Source: Lytechinus pictus (Eukaryota). From it: a stretch of 64,000 nt of DNA. The notes beneath the pieces are model-generated. The model saw nothing but the letters and a program-made list of their open reading frames with translations. It had not been told where the DNA came from and ran no database searches. Made by a program: the position numbers and the translations under genes. Location of the stretch: the NCBI RefSeq assembly GCF_037042905.1, contig NC_087251.1, forward strand, positions 7,318,001 to 7,382,000, given 5' to 3'. Positions 25,705 through 35,835 of this stretch are shown in pieces (position 1 is the stretch's first letter; every line of letters begins with the position of its first letter).

Positions 25705-26967
25705 TCATGAGGGTCCAACCCTCGGACGGCGGCAGCGTTGTTGACATCCAAAGTTAATCATATTCCGTCTCAATGTTGGGTTAGTAAGGCCATAGAGGAT
25801 AGGATTGAGTGCAGAGTTACCCCACAGTAGACCATTTACCACCTCCCATGTTGTCTCAGAGAAGCAATCATCTTCGCCGCACATCGCCTGTAGGATGCTC
25901 ACTATCTCGTATGGAAGCCAGCACGCAAGAAACGTCCCTACCAATATGGACAACGTCAAAGCAGCTTTCTTGTGCCTGGCGAATAAACGCTTGTGACGGC
26001 AATATGTCGCTATACGTTGAGTCCCTGGATTATGATTCGTCTGGAGACCAGAGCACGAAGGACCATTAACTTCAGGGAGTGGACGGGACTGATTCCTGCG
26101 ACTGCCTAATACTTCTACCAAAGGTTTTACCCATCGATCTGTGTGTACATTGGATACAGAAGGAAGATCAGAATGATCTGCATGCGACATACCTGGCATC
26201 TGACTATGTGATTGATCATTGCGTGGATCGGTTGAAGGCAGACCAAGGTTGGATTTGTATCTTCGCAGATTCTGTGATCGCTGATGAATCTGATAATATA
26301 CAGATATATTCAATAATACGATGATTGGTAGTGGAATTCCAAACTCGAAAATAAGAATACCGATTGTAAAAGGCAATAAGTACACAATTTCTAGTTCGCA
26401 TTCATCTTGAAAATCCACTAGGTTTGCATCTGTCATTGCGAATGCGATACAGACATAGACGGTGATGCTAAATGCCCAGCATACCAGGGTGATGATGGTG
26501 ACTCTCTTACGAGTCCACACTGTTCGATATCGAGTCTTCTGATACATTAATAAAAACCGATCAAGACTTATTAGCATGATTGTTATCGTTGACATATAGC
26601 TTACAGTGTAATCAAGAATTGACCAAAGTCTGCAAACAACCTCACCAAACATCCAGGAGTCTTCGGCTACCCAATGCAGATTGATGGTCAATATCATGAC
26701 ACCAATTAGGAAGTCAGATATTGACAGACTGAAGATGAGTGTATTGGTTGGGACGGCACGTACCTGAGAATGGCGGCAGTAGGCTAAGATCACTAGCAGG
26801 TTACCTATGACAGTGATAACAATAACCAAACTATAACCCCATATTAATGGTATTCGATTAAGACTGGGTCCGGAGTCGTAGTCATCCTCTAGAAGAGTAG
26901 ATTGATTAGTGTTCACGATTAACGATCCTTCACTTACCACATCCATACTTTCAGTTATCACCTCCAT
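25705..26967 (-). CDS. Intronless class A aminergic GPCR, histamine H3/H4 (muscarinic-related) receptor-like, 420 aa
   Basis: Seven hydrophobic segments with GNxLV (TM1), LSISDFLIG (TM2), WxFG-xxxC, LWSILDY (D3.32), ISLDRF, TM4 W, EFGIP (E5.46), FLACWLPY and LLWGNSALNPILY. Confidence 0.93.
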   Translation of the reverse strand: MEVITESMDVVSEGSLIVNTNQSTLLEDDYDSGPSLNRIPLIWGYSLVIVITVIGNLLVILAYCRHSQVRAVPTNTLIFSLSISDFLIGVMILTINLHWVAEDSWMFGEVVCRLWSILDYTVSYMSTITIMLISLDRFLLMYQKTRYRTVWTRKRVTIITLVCWAFSITVYVCIAFAMTDANLVDFQDECELEIVYLLPFTIGILIFEFGIPLPIIVLLNISVYYQIHQRSQNLRRYKSNLGLPSTDPRNDQSHSQMPGMSHADHSDLPSVSNVHTDRWVKPLVEVLGSRRNQSRPLPEVNGPSCSGLQTNHNPGTQRIATYCRHKRLFARHKKAALTLSILVGTFLACWLPYEIVSILQAMCGEDDCFSETTWEVVNGLLWGNSALNPILYGLTNPTLRRNMINFGCQQRCRRPRVGPS

Positions 26968-27669
26968 GTCATAAAATCAGTTTCATTTCTTTAACGTTAG
27001 GACAACTAAAAAAGGTTCAGAATCGGTTGGATGCAGGAATCACATAAGAATATAAAGTCATGAGTGGGAATTGCCTTCTCCGAGCTTTTTTCGCCCTATA
27101 TAATGCGCCCCTATGCTTTCGGTATTTCAAACTTCATGGAAAGGAATAAAGCTTCTAAAGATATTTTTTGAAATACAGGTCGTCGTTCACTCACCTCAAC
27201 ATCATAACATTTTCCTTGACTCTTGACATATCCGAGCAGTGTGTAATGCAAGGAAAATTTGTGATTCGCGTCAAACTTACAAGCCCCGAGATGGTTAGTC
27301 ACTTATAATTCTTCAGTACTTCATCCAAAAGATGTAGGCCTATAATTATGTTAAGCCGATTAAGACACGAGGTACGTTACTTCAAATGGTTTTAGTGATT
27401 GTCCACAAGGAGGCAGTAAATTGTTTTTAAATAATGCACTTAAATGACGACTGTAGTGGACGGTTAGACTGTGAATTAGCGGTAAACGTTGGAGATAAAC
27501 GCCAGCTACAGTGTTCATGCTACCGTGGAAAGAAGTCGAATGAAGAATCTTTGCCGAGGCATCCAAACCTCTCTTCTCAGTCGAAGTCGTGTGCAAAAAA
27601 AAAAACACCTTAAGCTTTATAAAAAATAATGGTTGTATCGTTTCATGGTTGCATTTACCCGACGACGTA

Positions 27670-28430
27670 AGACCACCGTGTAAACATCTCTACATTGTTA
27701 GTACACAATGTGCCCACAGTGTGAACATCTCCACACTGTTATTACACAGTGTGTCCACAGTGTAAACATCTCTAAACTGTTAGTATACAGTGTGAAAATC
27801 TCCACACTGTTAGTACACATTGTATCCACAGTGTGAACATCTCAACGCCGTTAGTACACAGTATGTCCTACACTGATATTACACAGTGTATCCATAGTGT
27901 GAACATCATGAACTGATAGTATACAGTGTGAACATCCCCACACTGTTACTACACAATGTGCCCAGTATGAACATCCCTACACTGTTAGTACACAATGTGC
28001 CCACAGTGTGAACATCCCAAGCTGTTAGTTCACAGTGTAAACATATACACACTGTTAGTTCACAGTGTGAGCATATCCACACTGTTAGTTCACATTTTAT
28101 CAACAGTGTGAATATTTCCACACTGTTACTACACAGTGTGTCCAGTATGAACATCCCTACACTGTTAGTACACAATGTGCCCACAGTGTGAACATCCCAA
28201 GCTGTTAGTTCACAGTGTGTCCACAGTGTGAACATCCCTGCACTGATGGTACACAGGGTATCCACAGTGTGAACATCCCCACACTTTTAGTACAGTGTAT
28301 CCACAGTGTGAACATCCCCACACTGTTATTACACAATGTGCCCACAGTGTGAACATCCCAAGCTGTTAGTTCACAGTGTGTACACAGTGTGAACATCCCC
28401 ACACTTTTAGTACATAGTGTGTCCGCAGTG
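27670..28430. repeat. ~40-bp minisatellite (CACAGTGTGAACATCCCACACTGTTAGTACACAATGTGCC)
   Basis: Roughly 20 degenerate tandem units are visible. The ORFs across it are repetitive translations. Confidence 0.9.
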
Positions 28431-28508
28431 TGATTATTATTAATATAGTGAATCAGCCATTCAATGAACACAATGTATTAGTATATATATATACAGTATA
28501 TATATATA

Positions 28509-29068
28509 TGAAGAGTTTAGTTTTGCAAGTAAACTGAAATTAATCCAATCTCTTTTGATTAAAAAAGTGATTTTTCTTCGCCACTTTCATTCACGTTTTC
28601 ATTTGAATTTCAACTTTTCTTTGGTATCATCTTATAGAGCTACTAAAAAGTCTATACATTGAGACATAAAAATCATTGGTTGCAAAAGGGGTTAGGTCCA
28701 CTCCAAGAAAATCATTTTTTTTATACTTCCATATTGCAATATTCTTATGCGAAACTGAATTTCCACAATACTCTACCATGAGAACATAATTGGGTATAAA
28801 ATAAATCTACCTGTCTTCATATTTTTTAAGATATTCTTTTCCAAAAAAAAATTCTGAGTGGACCTTTTGCAACTAAACTGAAATGGACCTAACCCCTTTT
28901 GAAAAAAAAAGTGATTTTTCTTTATGATTTTTCTTTGCCATTTTAGTTCACTTTTTAATAGGAATCTCAACTTTTCTTTGGTATCATCTGATAGAGCTAC
29001 TAAAAGTCTATACATTGAGACATAAAAATCAAATTTGATGAAAAATTGTACCTTTTGCAAGTGAGCTC

Positions 29069-29072
<4 letters not shown>
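28509..29072. mobile_element. Non-autonomous TIR element inserted in a (TA)n microsatellite
   Basis: (TA)n-TGAAGAG...TTGCAA ... TTGCAA...CTCTTCA-(TA)n, with an internal ~130-bp direct repeat (~28560-28675 and ~28905-29030). Confidence 0.6.
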
Positions 29073-29116
<44 letters not shown>

Positions 29117-29164
29117 GAGATGAGGCGAGGCCAACTCAACAGATGACGCAGGACACCATTATTT

Positions 29165-29204
29165 GCTTTAGCTTTCGTCTTTTAATTGAGACTTCGTCAG
29201 AAGC
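29165..29204 (-). ncRNA. Minimal type I hammerhead ribozyme motif
   Basis: Minus strand reads GCTT CTGACGA A GTC-TCAATTAAAA-GAC GAAA GCT A AAGC: core boxes, stem II GTC/GAC, palindromic AGCT stem III and stem I GCTT/AAGC. Confidence 0.75.
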
Positions 29205-30108
29205 GTCTGAAAAATATAAGGTGATACAACATCCAAGTTTGTTTTGCACATTAATGAATTATCACCAAGTTGAATATATTCCATAATGAAAAATTAATGA
29301 ATGAACAGATAAATAAATTAATGAATAATAAATAATTAATTCAATTAAAATAATAATGATATAAATGAAAAAGACATACCTGTAATTACAGACTATTGTG
29401 ATAGTTAAGTATGACCGTATCCTATCTCGTTCTTTAGGAAAGTGGCAAAAATTGCAAAAAGAAAACATTGGTTGCTAGGTGGTGAAAGCGCAAAACTGAT
29501 GTTACAAATGTGACCATGGTGTCACTAATTAAATGATTAAATGATCTTTTTATACTTATTGTTGTGTATTTGTTAGGTGCTTTCTAGATGACCCAAGCTC
29601 GAGAAGTGAGACTTTTGGTCATTACGCGAATTATCAACAATTTTATTTATAATCTTTACTCGATTTGATCTCAAAATTTATATCGTTTCATAGAGATTTA
29701 ATTACTATGCTTGTAAGAACCAATGTTTCGTCATCATCCTCCAGCTTACGATATCTAATATCATGAATATTCATACTCATTGTGACATAAATTTTATGCG
29801 CATTACCAATGCGCTTTGCGCTTTCACCACCTATATAGCAACCAATGTTTTCTTTTTGCAATTTTTGCCCCTTTCCTAAAGAACGAGATAGGATACGGTC
29901 ATACTTAACTATCACAATAGTCTGTAATTACAGGTATGTCTTTTTCATTTATATCATTATTATTTTAATTGAATTAATTATTTATTATTCATTAATTTAT
30001 TTATCTGTTCATTCATTAATTTTTCATTATGGAATATATTCAACTTGGTGATAATTCATTAATGTGCAAAACAAACTTGGATGTTGTATCTCCTTATATT
30101 TTTCAGAC

Positions 30109-30148
30109 GCTTCTGACGAAGTCTCAATTAAAAGACGAAAGCTAAAGC
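30109..30148 (+). ncRNA. Minimal type I hammerhead ribozyme motif
   Basis: GCTT CTGACGA A GTC-TCAATTAAAA-GAC GAAA GCT A AAGC, with predicted cleavage after CUA. Confidence 0.75.
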
Positions 30149-30251
30149 AAATAATGGTGTCCTGCGTCATCTGTTGAGTTGGCCTCGCCTCATCTCATTA
30201 TGTTTAATATTCACAACTCAACAGCGATTGGTAGAAGTAAACTTATCATCA

Positions 30252-30303
<52 letters not shown>

Positions 30304-30363
30304 TTTATATGTATATAATGAGATGAGGGTCAACTCAAAAGATGACGCAGGAGACCATTCTTA

Positions 30364-30399
30364 GCTTTAGCTTTCATCTATTAAGACTTCGTCAGAAGC
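30364..30399 (-). ncRNA. Minimal hammerhead ribozyme motif
   Basis: Minus strand reads GCTT CTGACGA A GTC-TTAATA-GAT GAAA GCT A AAGC (G-U pair in stem II). Confidence 0.65.
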
Positions 30400-30753
30400 G
30401 GTCTGAAAAATACAGGCGGATACAATATATATCCAAGTTTGTCTTATAATCACAAATTAATGCACATCAATGAATTATTCTCAAGATGAATATATTCCAT
30501 AATCTCATTAGACAGATGAATGAATAAATATGTTAAATGTTTTCATTTTGCAATTTGTGACTATTTCACTGAGAACGAGATACATGTAGGCATCCTATTT
30601 TACTGCCACAATAGTCTGTATTTACAGGTAAGTCCTCTCTATTTATATAATTATTCTTTTAATGCAATTAATTAATTTATATTTATTTATCAATTTATTT
30701 ATTCATTCATTCATCTGTCTAATGAGATTATTTAATTAGAAAGTCAAAAAGGG

Positions 30754-30792
30754 GCCTAAGCTTTCGATCCTAGCAGAATCTTCGTCGGAGGC
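30754..30792 (-). ncRNA. Hammerhead ribozyme motif of a third family, core U4>C variant
   Basis: Minus strand reads GCCT CCGACGA A GATTCT-GCT-AGGATC GAAA GCT T AGGC. Stem I covaries (GCCT/AGGC) and stem II is 6 bp. Confidence 0.6.
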
Positions 30793-30907
30793 AAAATGAC
30801 CAAAAAAAAAATTATTTAATATATTCAACTTGTTAATAATTCATTGATGTGTATTAATTTGAGATAAGCCAAACTTTGATTTTGTATCCCCTTGCATTTT
30901 TCAGACC

Positions 30908-30940
30908 GCTTCTGACGAAGTCCTAGACGAAAACTAAAGC
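30908..30940 (+). ncRNA. Hammerhead ribozyme motif, stem III palindrome mutated
   Basis: GCTT CTGACGA A GTC-CTA-GAC GAAA ACT A AAGC. Confidence 0.55.
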
Positions 30941-30947
30941 TATAAAG

Positions 30948-31692
30948 CCATGGACCTATGAAGAGATGGACGATTAATCCGAGCATTTCTTTGATCCAAT
31001 GATAGTAACCGTCACCTGGTTATGTGCATCTAAATAAGAACATACATGTGTTGTGACAATAGGTATTACCAAGACTACTAAGACATATTTGATCACTTAA
31101 AGACAGATCAGTTTCCCGGTCTTTGTTTTGTTGGGTGATACCCTGTTTCAGCATTTGCCTTTTCAATCAACATGCTTCATATTTGGAGCAGCAAACCTGA
31201 GAAGGAGACTATTTCTTTAATATGAAATATTCGATCCGGACACTTCCGGACGCACGTAAGGACCTCGATAACATTGAGAGATACAAGTCATGATCTATAG
31301 ACGTTATGTGCCACGTATATCTGAAATATTATGGAGAAAATTGGGGAAATTGAATTTTAAATGGTTAACAATCAATGACAAATTTTCCTCTACATTAAAA
31401 TATGCAGATATTTCCCAAATAAAACACATGGAACTAAGATTACCAAAGGTAAACAAGTCATCGATTTTACATGAATTAAGTGATTCGGTGTTACCTCCAT
31501 GGTGTTATCAATTGCGCATACAATCTGTGAAATAAAGTTCCAATCACGAACTGCTTCAGGCCTTTCTCGCGGTACTAACGATCATAGGACCAAAGTAGAC
31601 AAGTATGAAGACAATGTTATTCATATGACAATAGCAGTCATCTGTTAATGAATTCATTATCTATTCTAGGCGACGAATGTCCATCTCTTCAG
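30948..31692. mobile_element. TIR element (CCATGGACCTATGAAGAGATGGAC), paralog of 8110-9557
   Basis: Left TIR is intact and a partial right TIR GTCCATCTCTTCA is at ~31679-31691. Colinear with 8110-9557 once nested insertions are removed. Confidence 0.65.
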
Positions 31693-31809
31693 GGTATAAG
31701 TGCTCCATTATTTCTACCCAGCTTAGGGCGTACGTATTGGACAATGGAAGTAATTTGTTCCATATTTTGTGCTGACGGTAAATTGATCCTTAATGAGGAT
31801 AGTGGTGTT

Positions 31810-33392
31810 CAGTGGCGTATCCGGCGGGGGGCAGGGGGGGCAAGCTGCCCCCCTGGAGGAGCTCACCGGGAAAAAAAACGGGAAAAAGAAAAAAGGGGGA
31901 AGAAAGGGAAAGGGAAAGGAAAGAAAAAAAGAGGAAAGGGGGAAAGGGAAAGGGAAAAGAAAACTAAGAAAGAAAAGGAAAACGGGAAAAGGAAGGAAAA
32001 AAGAACAAGTCAGATAAAACAATTCTCCCCGATACAAATACATAGCATGATCAGTAACACAGGGAAATTAATTAAAGATGACAAAAAGGCAAACAAAAGC
32101 GGGAAATGAAGGCAGAATGGAATTAGCCAAAATCTAAATTGGAAAATAAAGAAAAGGGACAAGATAACGTACACTACCGGGCTGCCGAGGATTGAAGATA
32201 ACGAGCGGGAAGAAATATGGATGGTATACATAGCATAATGTCGTACATGTCATATGAAAGTCTATCATAATCTTGCTAAATCTCTAAAGCTACCGGGGGC
32301 TCTGTCCAAGAGTCAAGACCCCGTGCAGTGGGGGCTCTTCATCTGTAACCTTTAATGGGTTCTACATGTATAACGGGTCCCTATATGGACCCTTCCTGCA
32401 TTAAGCTTTGCGTTGAAGCACTGGTGTACGGGGGAGGGGTGGTTCCGCAGCCAAGGGGAATTAAAAGAAAATAAAGGAGGCAGCGAAATGACATGAATGA
32501 AAAAAATATATGACATGATATTTGCTATGATGTAAAAATCTATCACATAATTAGAATTTCATTTTAACAGGCCATTTTTCTTTCTGGCTCGCTTCGCTCG
32601 CTGGCGACTTTTTACAAATTTTCCCACATTTTCTATATGGTGTGCCCCCTCACAATATTTGGATGATTACGATACACAACTGCGCTGAATTTATGTGTTG
32701 TGTGAAAGCTATATAAATATACACGCAATTTGATTAAAATAAGTGGACATCTGTAAGGTTAAAATGGCTTTAATATCAAGAGGTTCCGGGGCTCTGCCCT
32801 GGACCCCACCCATAAAGCACTGTTACATGTATATGGATGAGTTTGGACAATGGCCTCCCAAAATTCTACAACCAAGCAAAAAAAAATTAGGAAAGAAAGG
32901 GAAGTGTTTTATATTTTTCTGAATATCACGTTAAATTCTATCTTCATGTTAGATTCTCATGAAAAGGTGATTTTTTTATCTCGCTCGCTTCGCTCACACG
33001 GGACCTATAGTAAGCTACTTCTTGCCACAAGCGCCATACTCGGCCCCCTCGAGCATATAGAGCTTCGCCCTGATGCTCACAATTATAACAAAAATCCTGT
33101 TCACCGTGGCGTACAAAAGAAGAGAGAAAAAAGGAAAGAGAGGAGGGTGAAATATGATATCATCTTTTTAACATCATGTCAAAATCTATCACAAAATTGG
33201 ATTTTTGCAATAAAAATGTCAAAAATGTTTGCTCGCTCGCATTTACATATATATATTTGCCCGATACGCTATATCGCCCCCTCAACATTTTTGCCTTATG
33301 ACGCCATTGCCTGTTCCATTGATATGACCGGGAAATTTTTGGCTCTTGCCCCCCCCCCCCCCCCCTGGCCACTGACCCCTGTTACTCCGCTG
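31810..33392. mobile_element. hAT-type non-autonomous (composite) element
   Basis: CAGTGGCGTA ... TACTCCGCTG termini with 8-bp flanks GTGGTGTT/GTAGTGTT. Purine-rich interior. Confidence 0.55.
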
Positions 33393-33414
33393 GTAGTGTT
33401 GGAAGGGTCACTGA

Positions 33415-33534
33415 CAGGGGCCGCGGAATGGTTTTCAAAGTGGGTGGGGGGCTGACCATGCAAAAAATCACAATCATATGGTCATTTTTACGTTTTTGTA
33501 CACGGTTTTGGAAAAAGTCCCCCCCCCCCCCCTG
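33415..33534. mobile_element. Short hAT-like MITE with 5-bp TSD
   Basis: ACTGA|CAGGGGCCGCGG ... CCCCTG|ACTGA. Confidence 0.75.
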
Positions 33535-33659
33535 ACTGATATGACAAACTGTTTTTCAAACTGCTTTTCAAACTGTTTTTCAAATTTATGCCGGTGCCGT
33601 CACGGGACGGTGACACCGCTTTAAATCCGCTATAAATGCATTCACATAGCAGCAGAAAA

Positions 33660-33875
33660 GTTATCCCAGCACAGACCCGGGATAAATTTGCATGTACCCA
33701 TTGACACTGCAGTAAGTGATTTTTATTACCTCCATAACAAAACACATGTAGGTTTGTGACCCCATGAGTGACCCGACTCTGATACACCGGAAATACTTGA
33801 GGGCGGGGAATCGAAGCCATGCACGTCCTTCAGATTGAAAGACGAGAATCATAACCACTAGACCACGACGCCCCC
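33660..33875 (-). mobile_element. tRNA-derived SINE (diverged)
   Basis: Minus strand begins GGGGGCGTCGTGGTCTAGTGG and has a B-box-like GCTTCGATTCC and the core AATGGGTAC. Confidence 0.6.
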
Positions 33876-34207
33876 ATGTACATTATAGTAAACATATCGC
33901 GAGTGGTTTATTCCGGTGTTGTAGCGGTGTGCCTTCACACTGAAGGAACACCGCGACAGTCGTAGGGTTGTCCCGCTGCTATATATGGCTTGCCTTGCGA
34001 GTTTGTTGCGGTGTAATTGCGAGGAAAATTTATCCCGAGTAGTTTATTGTGGGTCCGAGAATTCACACTGCAGGCAACACCGCTACAGTCTCGGGACAGT
34101 CCCGTTACTGTAGCGGTGTTTGTGGCCAGAGTGAAGAGGGTATGGGATAGCTTACGACCCGGGCTTACGATATGCGGGATGTGAATGCTTGGTTAGTGAA
34201 TGAAATA

Positions 34208-35374
34208 TTCCGAACTTTTCGTATTTACTACGGAGAAACCCTCGACAACGCATCAATTCCTTCGAAAATGCTAGTTAAATCACAATGGAGAGCTGATCTG
34301 AGACACTTTTAAGTCTTATCTTGATAAATTGAGAGTATTGCAGAAAAGGGCGATATGACTTATAACAAATTCTAATTATAGACATCCAAGTACTCCGTTA
34401 TTTCTTCGTCTGAAAATGCTACCACTAAGTGCACTTGTGTCGTTCAATTGTGCATTGTTCATGTTCAAACTACAATCGATGCCCCAAGAATGTACTTTAA
34501 AAAAATTATTTCTTCAGAATTCACAAATACATAGTTATAATACACGTCAAAAGGATCTTATTCGTCAGCCATTTGCGAGAACAAATGTCACTCTGACCTC
34601 CTTTCATATATCATGTATTAAAGAGTGGAACAATTTACCTGTTGATATAAAAAATAGTAAAACTCTTTTCATGATCAAAAGATTATCCAAAACTTACTTT
34701 CTTGACAGATTATGATTATTTTCCTTCAATATGTATTTTAAGTTGATGTATTTGCATTTAACATGTTTAAGTTGATGACCTACTCAGAATTTATGTTTAG
34801 TATGTGCATATGTGGGTGAATGTGGTTGTGTGTGGGTGTGTGTGTGTGTGTGTGTCTGTAACAGTTTCCATTCTATTTTTAGCATCTTAACCTTATATAT
34901 ATATTTTTTGTCTCTCCTTTTGTATCTTGTAGATTAGTATATATCCTATGTTGTATGTTAATAATCATAAGTATTTCAGGGCCCTACTCACAAGCTTTGC
35001 TTTTAAAGGGGTCCTAAAACCAATTCATCTATGCTATAATCTAATTGATGTATGTTTATGTACTCATTTACATTGTATGTATATCCATTTTGATTATGAT
35101 GTGATGTTTTTTTGGTTTTGAATAAATAAACTTGAACTTAAACTTGACTTTTGTCGAAAGTTGGTGGACGGGGGACAGCATCGGAATCTCTTGACTCTGG
35201 ACAACGACATATTTGCCTTTATTCGTCCGGTGCAAATCTTCGAATGATCTGCTGTCCCAGTCCACCAACTTTCGACAAAAGCCTCATTGTAATTTTAATT
35301 GCATTTTCAAAGGAATCGATGCGTTGTAAAGAGTTTCCCCCGTAGTAAATGCGAAAACTACCTATATATCGGAA
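34208..35374. mobile_element. Palindromic MITE split by a LINE 3' fragment
   Basis: Outer arms TTTTCGTATTTACTACGG...CAACGCATC and GATGCGTTG...CCGTAGTAAATGCGAAAA. An uninterrupted relative is at ~63035-63300. Confidence 0.6.
34310..35148 (+). mobile_element. 3' fragment of a CR1/L2-group LINE
   Basis: LQKRAI..IT, PLF, HSYNTR and WNNLP motifs. 3' UTR has (TG)n, AATAAA and a (CTTGAA)n tail. Confidence 0.85.
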
Positions 35375-35800
35375 GAAGAGAGGTGATCTGTCATGCATCC
35401 TATCGTATGCTCTCTATTTCTTTCCTGTCTACTCCATCCCAGTCCCAATCTCCCTTTCCTTCTCCCCCTCTCCTTCCCCCCTCTCCCCTCTATTTTTATT
35501 TTTCGCCCCCTCTTCATCTCTCCATATCAACATATTCCTCTCTCTCATAATTTGTCCTCTTTATTTTGATTGAGAATTCCTGTCTATAGAAGTAGGCTGT
35601 AAAAAGTGATCAGCGGACAGAGGCCTACTCTTCTGTAACATGAATGGATGGCGACTGGCGTTATTATTTTTTTAAGTCGTTTTCAACATAAGTACTGAGA
35701 GTGAAATGACATAAATTATAGGGGATACATTTGCTATATAAATTCAATGAATTTAATATTCGCAAAGAAAGTCACCAAAAATTGTTTTAATTACAACAGT

Positions 35801-35835
<35 letters not shown>

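Larger units (their letters stand above)
29113..30200. mobile_element. Penelope-like/retrozyme-like non-coding element: ~380-bp near-perfect inverted repeats (29113-29494, 29815-30200), each with a hammerhead motif
   Basis: By eye the arms differ by about two substitutions and one 4-nt indel. Abuts (TA)n on the left, with another (TA)n ~55 bp beyond the right end. Hammerhead motifs lie near both outer ends. Confidence 0.7.
30316..30945. mobile_element. Second, diverged Penelope-like/retrozyme-like repeat: partial inverted copy (30316-~30530) plus a plus-strand copy (~30535-30945)
   Basis: Homologous to 29113-30200 (TAATGAGATGAGG...GATGACGCAGG...). Follows (TA)n, and the right end is cut by the TIR element at 30948. 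Confidence 0.65.

Noticed and set aside
27906..28471. Cys/His/Thr-rich repetitive ORFs, and a possible CRISPR-like array
   Set aside because: This is a tandem minisatellite with no unique spacers and no cas genes, in eukaryotic DNA.
29495..29814. Possible GIY-YIG C-terminal remnant in the spacer (KLEK*DFW)
   Set aside because: Too short, interrupted by a stop, and lacks the downstream P.GLN-type motif.
29262..30051. Twin 68-aa ORFs on opposite strands
   Set aside because: A by-product of the inverted repeat. Most of the ORF lies in the predicted AT-rich intron.
31648..33455. ORFs of 153 and 201 aa
   Set aside because: They lie in a hAT-type repeat with purine-rich low complexity and show no recognisable domain.
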